This document shows, one piece after another, positions 17,917 through 27,245 of a stretch of DNA of 64,000 bases (its first letter is position 1; each line of letters opens with the position of its first letter). The stretch is taken from the NCBI GenBank assembly GCA_042091035.1, contig JBELIG010000002.1, positions 8,603 to 72,602 of the forward strand, given 5' to 3'. Source of the DNA: Sphingobacteriales bacterium (GTDB taxonomy: Bacteria; Bacteroidota; Bacteroidia; Chitinophagales; Saprospiraceae). The translations under genes and the position numbers were made by a program. The notes beneath the pieces are model-generated. The model did not search any database, was not told the DNA's origin, and saw nothing but the letters and a program-made list of their open reading frames with translations.

Positions 17917-19029
17917 ATGAAATCAACACCATTGACTCAAGTCCACATCGATTTAGATGCAAAAATGGCGGAGTTTGCCGGATATAATATGCCCATTCAG
18001 TATGCCGGAATAACAGAAGAACACCAAGCAGTAAGAAATAATGTAGGTGTCTTTGATGTATCCCATATGGGGGAATTCATAATTAAAGGCAAGGAGGCTC
18101 TTGATCTTGTTCAAAAGATCAGTACAAATGATGCCTCAAAACTAGAGATCAATCAAGCACAATATTCTTGTATACCCAATATGGATGGAGGTATTGTAGA
18201 TGATTTCTTGGTGTATCGATTACCAGAAGATAATTGTGCAGCAGGCGAACAAGCCTTTATGCTTGTTGTAAATGCATCAAACATTGAAAAAGACTGGAAC
18301 TGGATTGAATCGCACAATTCCTTCGATGCAAAGATGACAAATATATCAGATCAGACTGGCCTTTTAGCAGTTCAAGGACCTAAAGCCATAGAGGCATTAC
18401 AAGGTCTTTGCGATGTGAATCTATCTGATATTGGTTATTACACCTTTCTTAAAGGCACCATTGCAGGTATAGACAATGTAATCATTTCAGCTACAGGGTA
18501 TACTGGGTCTGGAGGTTTTGAACTTTATTGTCCTTCTGAAAACTTAAGAGAACTTTGGGAAGCCATATTTGACCATGGAAAAGACTTAGGTATTAAACCG
18601 ATAGGACTTGGCGCAAGAGACACACTAAGACTTGAAATGGCCTTTTGCTTATATGGTAACGACATCGACGACTCTACCTCACCACTTGAGGCAGGATTGG
18701 GATGGATCACCAAATTGAAAGCCGAGCATAACGACTTTAACAATAAACCTTTTTTCGTTAATCAAAAAGCAGCAGGTATACAGCGTAAACTGGTAGGCTT
18801 TGTCCTTGACGGTAGAAGAGTGCCAAGACAGGGTTACAAGATTGTAAATGAGCAGGAAGAAGAAATAGGTTATGTTACTTCTGGAACACAAGCACCGAGT
18901 CTAGGTCATCCAATTGGACTTGGATATGTACCAAAAGAAATGGCTAAAATTGGAAATAAATTATTGATAAAAGCTGGAAGAAAGAATATTGAAGCCACTA
19001 TTGTCAAACCTCCTTTCTATAAAGTCTAA
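17917..19029 (+). CDS. gcvT: Glycine cleavage system aminomethyltransferase (T protein)
   Basis: The sequence 'TPLTQVHIDLDAKMAEFAGYNMPIQY...EHQAVRNNVGVFDVSHMGEF', the 370-aa length and 'ARDTLRLEMAFCLYGNDID' support the call. Confidence 0.93.
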   Translation: MKSTPLTQVHIDLDAKMAEFAGYNMPIQYAGITEEHQAVRNNVGVFDVSHMGEFIIKGKEALDLVQKISTNDASKLEINQAQYSCIPNMDGGIVDDFLVYRLPEDNCAAGEQAFMLVVNASNIEKDWNWIESHNSFDAKMTNISDQTGLLAVQGPKAIEALQGLCDVNLSDIGYYTFLKGTIAGIDNVIISATGYTGSGGFELYCPSENLRELWEAIFDHGKDLGIKPIGLGARDTLRLEMAFCLYGNDIDDSTSPLEAGLGWITKLKAEHNDFNNKPFFVNQKAAGIQRKLVGFVLDGRRVPRQGYKIVNEQEEEIGYVTSGTQAPSLGHPIGLGYVPKEMAKIGNKLLIKAGRKNIEATIVKPPFYKV

Positions 19030-19032
19030 ATA

Positions 19033-19064
19033 AAAAAGGGATTGCTTAGCAATCCCTTTTTTTT
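19033..19064. terminator. Bidirectional terminator between gcvT (+) and the dehydrogenase gene (-)
   Basis: The sequence aaaaaaGGGATTGCttaGCAATCCCtttttttt has an 8-bp stem flanked by A- and T-runs. Confidence 0.8.
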
Positions 19065-20010
19065 ATCCAAGAAGCGCAATAATCTTTCGCGCAATTTCTG
19101 TTCCAATATTTTCTTGAGCTTGATTGGTAGATGCACCAATATGCGGTGTCAACGAGATACCTTCAAAGTTCAAAATATCTTCGCTGGGATGAGGTTCATT
19201 TTCAAACACATCAAGTCCCGCTCCAAATAACTTACCCGACTCAATAGCATTTTTTAAGGCTACTTCACCAACAACACCACCTCTAGAAGCATTGACGAGG
19301 ACAGCGCTTGGCTTCATTAGAGCCAACTCCTTTTCCCCTATAATAGGCTTTCCGCCACTAAAAGGTACATGTAAAGTTATAAAATCACTTTTGGCTAATA
19401 AGTCTTCTAACTCTATCGTCTTGATAGGAATGCTAATATCATGGCCTGCAATATCAAAATCCAGGGTAGTCTCATTCACAAAAGGATCAGCTGCATATAT
19501 ATTCATCCCCATTCCTACTGCTATCTTAGCGACCTCTTGACCAATTCGTCCAAAACCTACTATACCAACGGATCGATTCATCAACTCCAAACCCTTGGAA
19601 GACTTTTTCTTCAAAGCCTTAAACTCCGTTGATCCTTTTGTTGGCATTACACGGTTGTTGGTATGGAAAAACCTTGAAACAGTTAAGATATGGGCAAACA
19701 CGAGCTCAGCCACTGATCTAGAAGAAGCGGCAGGTGTATTTATCACTCGAATACCTTTACTCTCTGCATAGGTTACATCGATATTATCGAGACCTACGCC
19801 AGCTCTTGCAATTACCTTCAAATTCGATGCCGCATCGATCAGATCTGCCCGAACTGTTGTTGCACTTCTGACTATAATGGAATCAAAGGAATTCAATTGA
19901 CTCATTAAGTCTTCCTGCGCTATTTTATCTGTAACTACTTCATGTCCTGCATCTTCTAACATCTTTTTTCCAGCAGGGTGAAGTCCGTCATTAGCTAATA
20001 TTCTTGCCAT
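19063..20010 (-). CDS. D-isomer-specific 2-hydroxyacid dehydrogenase, probably short-form 3-phosphoglycerate dehydrogenase
   Basis: The NAD fold is '[14 protein letters not shown]'. The catalytic region reads 'NASRGGVV...LDVFENEP...TPHIGAST'. The protein is 315 aa. Confidence 0.75.
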   Translation of the reverse strand: MARILANDGLHPAGKKMLEDAGHEVVTDKIAQEDLMSQLNSFDSIIVRSATTVRADLIDAASNLKVIARAGVGLDNIDVTYAESKGIRVINTPAASSRSVAELVFAHILTVSRFFHTNNRVMPTKGSTEFKALKKKSSKGLELMNRSVGIVGFGRIGQEVAKIAVGMGMNIYAADPFVNETTLDFDIAGHDISIPIKTIELEDLLAKSDFITLHVPFSGGKPIIGEKELALMKPSAVLVNASRGGVVGEVALKNAIESGKLFGAGLDVFENEPHPSEDILNFEGISLTPHIGASTNQAQENIGTEIARKIIALLG

Positions 20011-20200
20011 TGTTTTATTTTTCAGAATTAGGCGATTAAGGTATTAATAGGCTATGCTTAGTGGAAATTACTTTGTTTAAACCTAAATAAAAAAAATTTA
20101 TCTTCTATTTTTACAAAAATTATTGCCCATTGCAATTTAAACTCCATCACCTAACAACATTAAAGACTTTTTTGTTAATAAACAGCGTTTTAAGTTAATT

Positions 20201-20836
20201 ATGATCGATCCATTTTTATCATACATAAAGGAAAGAATTTCAGATGGTCTGCCGGGTGTTCCAGCCCACTTCGAAATGGCGCATAAGCTTAGAACCTATA
20301 CGCCCGGAACTCCAAGTTCAGCTATGAAATCTGCCGTTTGTATTTTACTTTTCCCTAATGAGCAGGGCTCATTCAGTTTCACCCTCATGGAACGCACAAG
20401 TACAAATAAGCATGACAAACACAAGGGACAAATTTCGCTCCCTGGCGGCAAAAAAGATGACTCCGATTCAAGTCTTGCCCAAACAGCTTTACGAGAACTC
20501 AATGAAGAGGTAGGTGTATTGATAGAAGATGTAGAATTAATTGGTCAGCTGAGTGAATTGTATATTCCAGTCAGCAACTTTGCTGTTTTTCCATTTATAG
20601 GCTCAACAAACAAAAAACCAAGTTATAAGCCACAAGAATCCGAAGTAAAGGATATATTTGAGGTAGATATCAAGACACTTTTAGACCCTGACAACATAAA
20701 ATATAAAGACATAAAAATATCAGAGCATATAACTTTAAAAATGGTCCCTTATTTTGAACTTGAGGGGCGAGTAGTGTGGGGAGCAACAGCAATGATATTA
20801 AGTGAATTGAAAGAAATTATAAAAGAATATTTCTAA
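20201..20836 (+). CDS. Nudix hydrolase (CoA pyrophosphatase-like)
   Basis: The Nudix box is 'LPGGKKDDSDSSLAQTALRELNEEVG', preceded by '...RTSTNKHDKHKGQISLPGG', which resembles the CoA-pyrophosphatase subfamily. Confidence 0.75.
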   Translation: MIDPFLSYIKERISDGLPGVPAHFEMAHKLRTYTPGTPSSAMKSAVCILLFPNEQGSFSFTLMERTSTNKHDKHKGQISLPGGKKDDSDSSLAQTALRELNEEVGVLIEDVELIGQLSELYIPVSNFAVFPFIGSTNKKPSYKPQESEVKDIFEVDIKTLLDPDNIKYKDIKISEHITLKMVPYFELEGRVVWGATAMILSELKEIIKEYF

Positions 20837-20853
20837 ACGCATAGTCAAAAGGT

Positions 20854-21891
20854 ATGTATAAAACGATCTTAAAACCATTGCTTTTCTCTTTTCAACCAGA
20901 AAAAGCACACAAAATAACGATGCAGTTATTTCGTCTTTCTCTTTCTTTACCATTTGGAAAGAAAATATTTAAGTCCCTATACACGCTTGAAGATAAAAAA
21001 CTCCAAAGAACACTATTTGGCTTAAATTTTGATAATCCAGTGGGACTTGCTGCTGGTTTTGACAAAGACGGAAGATATTTCAAAGATCTTGAAAACTTAG
21101 GCTTTGGGTTTATAGAAATCGGCACAGTCACCCCCAAACCTCAAGATGGGAATCCAAAACCTAGACTTTTCCGATTGAAAGAAGATGCTGCACTTATCAA
21201 CAGAATGGGATTCAACAACGAAGGCTTAGATGCTTTTGTGGACCGCATCAAAAAAAGGTCTAACGACAGAATTATAATTGGAGGCAATATAGGCAAGAAC
21301 AAGGTGACCCCTAATGAAATGGCTTTTAGAGATTATGAAATCTGCTTCGAGGCTCTATATCCTTATGTAGATTACTTTGTGGTAAACGTTAGCTCTCCAA
21401 ATACACCGAACCTGAGAGATCTCCAAGAAAAAGAACCACTCACAAAACTGCTCAACAGTATTCAAAAGCTAAATCAAGATAAGATTGCTCCAAAACCAAT
21501 ATTATTAAAAATAGCTCCTGACCTAACTGAGGGACAATTGGATGATATCATTGATATTGTTTCAGATACAAAAATTGATGGCCTCATTGCTACCAATACA
21601 ACCATCGACAGGTCCAATCTTTCCACTGATCAGTCAGTAATACAACAAATTGGTAATGGAGGACTCAGTGGAGCGCCACTTAGGAACCGTTCGACAGAAA
21701 TCATTCGTTATATACATACTAAGAGTAATGGATCCATTCCCATTGTAGGGGTTGGTGGAATCTCAAAACCAGAGGATGCAATTGAAAAGCTAGAGGCAGG
21801 AGCATCTCTTGTTCAGGTTTATTCTGGACTCGTATATTACGGTCCTGGGCTGATCAGAGATATCAACAAAGCGATTCTAGATAAAGCATAG
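20854..21891 (+). CDS. pyrD: Dihydroorotate dehydrogenase (quinone), class 2
   Basis: Motifs '[13 protein letters not shown]', '[24 protein letters not shown]', '[11 protein letters not shown]' and 'IPIVGVGGI' are present. The protein is 345 aa. Confidence 0.93.
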   Translation: MYKTILKPLLFSFQPEKAHKITMQLFRLSLSLPFGKKIFKSLYTLEDKKLQRTLFGLNFDNPVGLAAGFDKDGRYFKDLENLGFGFIEIGTVTPKPQDGNPKPRLFRLKEDAALINRMGFNNEGLDAFVDRIKKRSNDRIIIGGNIGKNKVTPNEMAFRDYEICFEALYPYVDYFVVNVSSPNTPNLRDLQEKEPLTKLLNSIQKLNQDKIAPKPILLKIAPDLTEGQLDDIIDIVSDTKIDGLIATNTTIDRSNLSTDQSVIQQIGNGGLSGAPLRNRSTEIIRYIHTKSNGSIPIVGVGGISKPEDAIEKLEAGASLVQVYSGLVYYGPGLIRDINKAILDKA

Positions 21892-21920
21892 CAATTAGAC
21901 TCCTCGTAAAGGAATCTTAA

Positions 21921-22079
21921 ATGATCGGATTGACCCTAATCTTGATATCCATCTACGTTTTCAAGACCATAACGAATTTACAAAAAGGTGAATTTGGAAT
22001 AAAACAAACAAAGGCTTGGACCTTAGTCCTAAGCCTTTGTAGTATCGTTTATATTATCACAGCAATTTTAAATCGCTGA
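21921..22079 (+). CDS. Possible 52-aa two-helix small membrane protein (not in the supplied ORF track)
   Basis: The ORF runs from ATG 21921 to TGA 22077-22079 and translates to MIGLTLILISIYVFKTITNLQKGEFGIKQTKAWTLVLSLCSIVYIITAILNR. It has two hydrophobic segments and fills an otherwise empty 190-nt gap. Confidence 0.35.
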   Translation: MIGLTLILISIYVFKTITNLQKGEFGIKQTKAWTLVLSLCSIVYIITAILNR

Positions 22080-22083
22080 CTTA

Positions 22084-22950
22084 TCATTTCCTAACTTTAA
22101 GACTTAAATCCAAAGAAGGAGCGGAGTGCGTAAGAGCTCCTACAGAAATAAAATCAACACCGGTTGCTGCTACTTCTTTAAGAACCTCTAAAGTAATACC
22201 TCCAGATGCTTCAACTTCTTTTTTCTTGTCTACTCGTGCTACTGCAATTCGCATGTCTTCCATACTAAAATTATCCAGCATGACCCGATTAACAGAGTCG
22301 TATCCCATAACCAATTCAAGTTCTTCAAGATCCCGAACTTCTACTGTCATTTCAAGGCTTTTACCCATTTCTTTCAAGTAGTCCTGAACGCGTTCTATAG
22401 CCTCCTGCATGCCTCCTGAGGCATCCACATGATTGTCTTTTATCATTATACGATCAAACAGACCAAAACGATAATTGCTACAACCACCTATTTGCACAGC
22501 CCATTTCTGTAAGAACCTGTTCAGGGGCATAGTCTTTCGTGTATCCAATATTTGTACAGGAAAATCTTTCACAGCATCAGCATACATCCGAGCGGTGGTG
22601 GCCACTCCAGACATTCGCTGCATAGTATTCAAGACTAGGCGTTCTGCCAAAAGGAGTGCTCGACTTTTACAGTGAACCTGAAATGCAATATCTCCATGCT
22701 GCACAAAAGAACCATCTTTTTTAAAGATATTGATTCGTGCATTGGGATCAACTGCTTTAAAAATATGCTCCATAAGTTCTACCCCTGCCAAGATGCCTTC
22801 ATCCTTAACTTTGAGGATAGCAGTGTCTTCATCTTCTGCGCCAACACAAGCCAATGAAGTATGATCTCCATCGCCTTGATCCTCCATCAGTGCATAATCG
22901 ATGAAGAATTTTAAAAACTGTGTTTTATTATTGAAATCAAGTTTGTTCAT
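22084..22950 (-). CDS. nadC: Nicotinate-nucleotide (quinolinate) pyrophosphorylase, carboxylating
   Basis: The sequence 'LDTRKTMPLNRFLQKWAVQIGGCSNYRFGLFDRIMIKDNH...MLDNFS...EASGGIT' supports the call. Confidence 0.9.
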   Translation of the reverse strand: MNKLDFNNKTQFLKFFIDYALMEDQGDGDHTSLACVGAEDEDTAILKVKDEGILAGVELMEHIFKAVDPNARINIFKKDGSFVQHGDIAFQVHCKSRALLLAERLVLNTMQRMSGVATTARMYADAVKDFPVQILDTRKTMPLNRFLQKWAVQIGGCSNYRFGLFDRIMIKDNHVDASGGMQEAIERVQDYLKEMGKSLEMTVEVRDLEELELVMGYDSVNRVMLDNFSMEDMRIAVARVDKKKEVEASGGITLEVLKEVAATGVDFISVGALTHSAPSLDLSLKVRK

Positions 22951-22960
22951 ACTCTAATAA

Positions 22961-23725
22961 TTAAAAGGCCATTCCAACAACAATATTAATATTATGTCGA
23001 GTAGCCGATGAGTTTTCCTCTTCGATCAAACCATCGACAATTCTAGAACCGTCATTCTTTGTTATATCAAAAATCGACTGTGCATAAGTAAGTCCAACAA
23101 GCAAAGATGTCCCATCTCTAGATGTTCCGGATAGATTATACTCCATACCGATTCCAAAACCCCAGCTCAAGTCCAAGGGATTAATATCTTTTGAAACGAT
23201 CTCTTTATAAAAATTGTCCTCGAATCCTTGTACTCCACTTAGACCAGTGATATCAGCGAATGCTTTATTCCTGAGGCCAAGTGTAAAAATAGGCGCATCC
23301 ACAGAGAAACGCATATCCCGTAACTGTAAGATTTCGTCCGTTAGAATTTTTAGACTTAATGGTACTTGGATATAATTAACCTTATAGCGTATATCTGAAA
23401 GTTCCGGCAATGCGTGAAGGATATTATCTGAGAGTTCAGAGTTGAAGAAATAATCTCCGGGATTATTATGTAATAATCTTCCGCCTTGATTAAGTCCAAG
23501 TCCAAGTCCAAAAGAAAATGCAGCCTTTTCGGCAAAGAACATATCGGCCTTGATAGCCATTGCAAAACCAAGATTACTGCCATTGGAGCCAATATCACCG
23601 TAATCTGTTGTAAGCCATGAAAAGGTAGGTGCTAATTGAATTCCAAAACGGGTCTCTGTCTGTGCATTAGTTACTGCACTAAACATACTGCTTATCAAAA
23701 GCAATAACAGCCAACTTTTTTTCAT
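22961..23725 (-). CDS. Small outer-membrane beta-barrel protein (porin-family/OmpW-like fold)
   Basis: It has a signal peptide ending 'TNAQ', the start 'RFGIQLAPTFSWL', alternating strands and a terminal 'VVGMAF'. Confidence 0.65.
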   Translation of the reverse strand: MKKSWLLLLLISSMFSAVTNAQTETRFGIQLAPTFSWLTTDYGDIGSNGSNLGFAMAIKADMFFAEKAAFSFGLGLGLNQGGRLLHNNPGDYFFNSELSDNILHALPELSDIRYKVNYIQVPLSLKILTDEILQLRDMRFSVDAPIFTLGLRNKAFADITGLSGVQGFEDNFYKEIVSKDINPLDLSWGFGIGMEYNLSGTSRDGTSLLVGLTYAQSIFDITKNDGSRIVDGLIEEENSSATRHNINIVVGMAF

Positions 23726-23906
23726 AGGAATGAATTTTAAGCGTTTGATGAAAATTGAAGATTTAAAAACAATAATAATAGATATTTAGCATTTAATTTA
23801 AGAATTTTAGCTTCGAATACATCAAAGATCCAATTTTATGATTAACCCATATTCGTATAGGATTATTATTTAAGAGGTGATATAAATTATACTTTAATCA
23901 AGAAGG

Positions 23907-24944
23907 ATGATAAAACAAAAATTAGTGTTCCGAGGGTTCTTGTTCAGTATGATAGTGTTCTCCTTGTACGCTTGTAATAAAGGTCCTAGCAAACCTGATC
24001 TTACAGGTATTACGGTAGGAGTAGAGCTAAGACACTTTGAACAAGATCTATTCAATATAGATACAAACAATACTGCTGCAGAACTAGATCGACTAATGCA
24101 GGATTATCCAGCGTTTTCTGATATCTATTTTGGTCAGCTTTTTCCTGTCTTCGACTCTGTTTTATTCCCAGAAGGTCCAACAGTTATAATCAATGGTTTT
24201 CTATCGGATTCTATGGTTCTTGTTATGTATGAACAGAGCCAAGAATTATACAAAGACTTATCCGGAAATGCATTTGAAGAAGCATTTAAGTATTTCAAGT
24301 ATTATTTTCCAGATAGACAGGTCCCTGATATTACAACATTTGTATCAGAATATACGGTTTCCAATTTCATCTACGCTGAAAATTCACTTGCAGTCGGGCT
24401 CGATTTCTTTTTAGGTGCTGATTACCCCTATTTACTTTTAAATGCTGGTAATCCGAATTTCTCAAATTACTTGAGCCAACATTACAACAAGGACTATATT
24501 GTACGAAATACGCTCTATCCTCTTATTGATGATATGAATGCAGAAAAAGCAGATCGTAAGCTCATCGATTATATGCTTGACAATGGCAAAGAACTTTACA
24601 TTTTAGATGCATTGCTTCCAGAGCTATCGGATACTGTTATCCATCAATATAGCAAGGAAAAAATGGATTGGGTAGCTTCTAATGAGTCTAATATTTATGC
24701 GCATTTGATTGATCAAGAACTTCTATATTCAACCCTTTGGCAGGATTTTAGAAAACTAGTTGACCATAGTCCTAATGCGTCTGGGATGCCCGCAGAGGCT
24801 CCGGGAAGAACAGCCAACTATATTGGATATAGAATGGTAGATGCATACATGAGAAATAACCCAGAAACTACTTTTGAGGATTTGTTAAAACTTAATGACG
24901 CTCAAGAGTTTCTTGCACGATCAAAATACAGACCAAGCCGATAA
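23907..24944 (+). CDS. gldB: GldB-like gliding-motility/T9SS-associated lipoprotein (DUF2268-like)
   Basis: The lipobox is 'LYACNKG'. It then has 'VELRHFEQDLFNID...', 'GLDFFLG' and a C-terminal 'GRTANYIGYRMVDAYM'. Size and pattern match the GldB family from memory. This is not HMM-verified. Confidence 0.5.
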   Translation: MIKQKLVFRGFLFSMIVFSLYACNKGPSKPDLTGITVGVELRHFEQDLFNIDTNNTAAELDRLMQDYPAFSDIYFGQLFPVFDSVLFPEGPTVIINGFLSDSMVLVMYEQSQELYKDLSGNAFEEAFKYFKYYFPDRQVPDITTFVSEYTVSNFIYAENSLAVGLDFFLGADYPYLLLNAGNPNFSNYLSQHYNKDYIVRNTLYPLIDDMNAEKADRKLIDYMLDNGKELYILDALLPELSDTVIHQYSKEKMDWVASNESNIYAHLIDQELLYSTLWQDFRKLVDHSPNASGMPAEAPGRTANYIGYRMVDAYMRNNPETTFEDLLKLNDAQEFLARSKYRPSR

Positions 24945-24984
24945 GAAAAAAGCCAGTTGAACATATTCAACTGGCTTTTTTTTA
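24945..24984. terminator. Bidirectional terminator between the gldB-like gene (+) and the HIT gene (-)
   Basis: The sequence aaaaaAGCCAGTTGAAcataTTCAACTGGCTtttttttt has an 11-bp perfect stem. Confidence 0.85.
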
Positions 24985-25377
24985 TTCAAACCTTTCGGCA
25001 ATTTGTGCTGCTATTATTTGGAAATCTTTGGGTTCAAGTCCATCAATAGGATTTGTAAAATCCATATCACTTAAGGAATTGATGGGTATTAAGTGGATAT
25101 GTGTGTGTGGTACTTCTAGTCCGATAATTGATACTCCTATTCGTTTACAATCAATAACCTGCTTCATTGCTTTTCCTACGCGTTTTGCAAAAAGCATAAG
25201 ACCTGCAAGTGCATCATCTTCCAAATCGAAGACATAGTCAATTTCTCTTTTCGGAATCACCAAAGTATGCCCTTTTTGCAAAGGACGGATATCTAGAAAT
25301 GCGAAATAATCTTCAGACTCTGCAATCTTGTAACAGGGAATTTCACCTGCTATAATCTTTGAAAAGATACCAGCCAT
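24982..25377 (-). CDS. HIT-family (histidine triad) nucleotide hydrolase
   Basis: The sequence 'IFSKIIAGEIPCYKIAESEDYFAFLDIRPLQKGHTLVIPK' and the triad 'HTHIHLIP' support the call. Confidence 0.9.
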   Translation of the reverse strand: MAGIFSKIIAGEIPCYKIAESEDYFAFLDIRPLQKGHTLVIPKREIDYVFDLEDDALAGLMLFAKRVGKAMKQVIDCKRIGVSIIGLEVPHTHIHLIPINSLSDMDFTNPIDGLEPKDFQIIAAQIAERFE

Positions 25378-25859
25378 TAGATTGTGATTTCAAGGATTTC
25401 AAATTTCATCATTCCACCTGGAGTTGTTATTTCCGTAACATCTCCAACCTTCCTTCCTAATAAACCTTCACCAATAGGGGAGCCTATTGAGATCTTTTTC
25501 TCCTTAAGGTTAGCCTCTGACTCTGCAACAAGCTGATAAGTGAATTCTTTTTTCATTTTCAAATTCATAATACGCACTTTAGAAAGTACTCGTACTTCTG
25601 AATTATCCAACTGACTTGTATCAAGTACTCTGGCAGTAGCCATTACAGTTTCTAACTGATTGATCTTTAACTCTAGTAAACCCTGCGCGTCTTTAGCAGC
25701 ATCGTACTCTGCATTTTCAGACAAATCGCCTTTTTCTCTTGCCTCAGCAATTGCTTTAGCAGCTTCAGTCCTACCACGTGTTTTAAGATCGTCCAACTGT
25801 GCCACAAGGTTGTCGTATCCTTCTTGTGACAAATAGGTTACATTAGACATATTCTTCAA
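25377..25859 (-). CDS. greA: Transcription elongation factor GreA
   Basis: The sequence 'GDLSENAEYDAAKDAQG' and the C-terminal 'ISIGSPIGEGLLGRKVGDVTEITTPGG' support the call. The stop overlaps the HIT gene start by 1 nt. Confidence 0.92.
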   Translation of the reverse strand: MKNMSNVTYLSQEGYDNLVAQLDDLKTRGRTEAAKAIAEAREKGDLSENAEYDAAKDAQGLLELKINQLETVMATARVLDTSQLDNSEVRVLSKVRIMNLKMKKEFTYQLVAESEANLKEKKISIGSPIGEGLLGRKVGDVTEITTPGGMMKFEILEITI

Positions 25860-26080
25860 TTTTAAATTAAAAAATTCTAAACCCTAAGTTCTTTGAAACT
25901 TAGCAAGCCAGTCATTCCAATAATGTTTTGGAGAGGAAACAGCCGACAGCAGGATCGCCATCTAGTTTAGAAAAAAATAAGGCTTCCAACATGATTGAAG
26001 GAATCCTTTAAACAAATTTAATTTTTTTCTTTGGTTTTATCAAATTAATCTTATTTCTATTTAATCTATTCTATTAAAAT

Positions 26081-26117
26081 AAAAAAGGCTGACTCTCAAT
26101 GAGTCAGCCTCTTTTAT
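26081..26117 (-). terminator. Rho-independent terminator (minus strand) ending the TBDR/CTD-protein/PorV-like operon
   Basis: The stem is AGGCTGACTC/GAGTCAGCCT (10 bp, 5-nt loop), followed on the minus strand by a U-run. It lies 18 nt past the stop codon. Confidence 0.85.
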
Positions 26118-26134
26118 TATCTGTATCAGCTACT

Positions 26135-27184
26135 CTATAGCTCCAATGTTACACCCACATTGTGTGTACCATTGAACTTACTAGTCATTCGGTAAGCATA
26201 TCCTAAGCCTACACGAGCTGCATCAACACTTTTACCTAACTTAAAGTTAAATGTTGCACCTGCAGAAACACCTGTATAAATCGGCAACTCAGAATCTATC
26301 TGATCCAATTCATATTGGTATCCACCACGAAGTACAAATATATCCTTAAGGTGATACTCAATACCTCCACCAATCTGATCACGGGAGAAGGCATTAGACG
26401 TAAAGTTAGCAAGTACACGAAGTGTATTAACACCGGTGATAACATCATAAGATGTTCCTAACTTAAGAGCCGACTGAAGTTCAACTCTTGAAGAACGCTG
26501 AATTGTTGTCTGCGTAAATGTACCTCCTTCGAATGGAACTGTAGAGATAAAAATAAGTCCCTCTCCTTCGAAAGCTGCTGGAGCTCCAATGTTTCTCAAA
26601 GCAACTCCAAAACGAAAACGATCATTTTCACCGGACTTGTACTGAACACCTGCATCAATTGCAAATGTAGAAAGAGACATATCCTCAACGCGCTCAGAAG
26701 CTACTTTGAAGTTAACTCCTACAAAAATTTTCTCATCCCATGATTTAGCATAGCCAATATTCAAAGAAAAAATTGAAGGAGAAAATGTATTTCCAGTACC
26801 TTCTGGCTGATCCGAAGTCGTTCTTGCAATATCACCCATATCTACATTGTTCAATGAGATACCAAGTGCACCACCATTCTTCAACTTGGTAACCATACCA
26901 AAAGCATTTAATTTGATATCCGTTCCAACTAGGTACTGAGCCTGATGAACGCCTATCTCAAGGTTTGTAACTGAAGCCAAACCTGCAGGATTTACACCAA
27001 ATGATTCCACACCAGTAACAAAAGCAGTGTTCATTGCACTCAAACCAGCTGACTGTGCATATGGAACCAATAGTAATTGGGCAAAACCTGCCTCCCCCTG
27101 ACGATCTGGGTTACCTGCCTGAGCATCAGGCATAAAACCAAGAACCAAAAAGAAGGCTACTATATAGTTTATTATTTTATTCAT
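26135..27184 (-). CDS. PorV/PorQ-family (FadL-like) T9SS-associated outer-membrane barrel
   Basis: The signal peptide is followed by 'GEAGFAQLLLVPYAQSAGLSAMNTAFVTGVESFGVNPAGLA', the hallmark N-terminal segment of PorV/PorQ proteins. The rest has a beta-strand pattern. At 349 aa it is PorQ-sized and shorter than canonical PorV of about 390-400 aa. Confidence 0.7.
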   Translation of the reverse strand: MNKIINYIVAFFLVLGFMPDAQAGNPDRQGEAGFAQLLLVPYAQSAGLSAMNTAFVTGVESFGVNPAGLASVTNLEIGVHQAQYLVGTDIKLNAFGMVTKLKNGGALGISLNNVDMGDIARTTSDQPEGTGNTFSPSIFSLNIGYAKSWDEKIFVGVNFKVASERVEDMSLSTFAIDAGVQYKSGENDRFRFGVALRNIGAPAAFEGEGLIFISTVPFEGGTFTQTTIQRSSRVELQSALKLGTSYDVITGVNTLRVLANFTSNAFSRDQIGGGIEYHLKDIFVLRGGYQYELDQIDSELPIYTGVSAGATFNFKLGKSVDAARVGLGYAYRMTSKFNGTHNVGVTLEL

Positions 27185-27218
27185 AACTTTTTTAATTCAA
27201 AATGTTCAACAAAGTTGG

Positions 27219-27236
27219 GGGGAGCTTGAGCTCCCC
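27219..27236 (-). other. GC-rich intercistronic hairpin between the 1338-aa gene and the PorV/PorQ-like gene
   Basis: The sequence GGGGAGCttgaGCTCCCC has a 7-bp all-strong stem with a tetraloop in an otherwise AT-rich 61-nt spacer. No clean U-run follows on the minus strand. Confidence 0.5.
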
Positions 27237-27245
27237 ACAATTTTA

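Noticed and set aside
23498-23520. A triple GTCCAA hexanucleotide repeat inside the small OMP gene, considered as a possible slipped-strand phase-variation tract.
   Set aside because: There are only three copies, and the 6-nt unit stays in frame (it encodes GLGLGL in a beta-strand or turn). This is not a plausible on/off switch.
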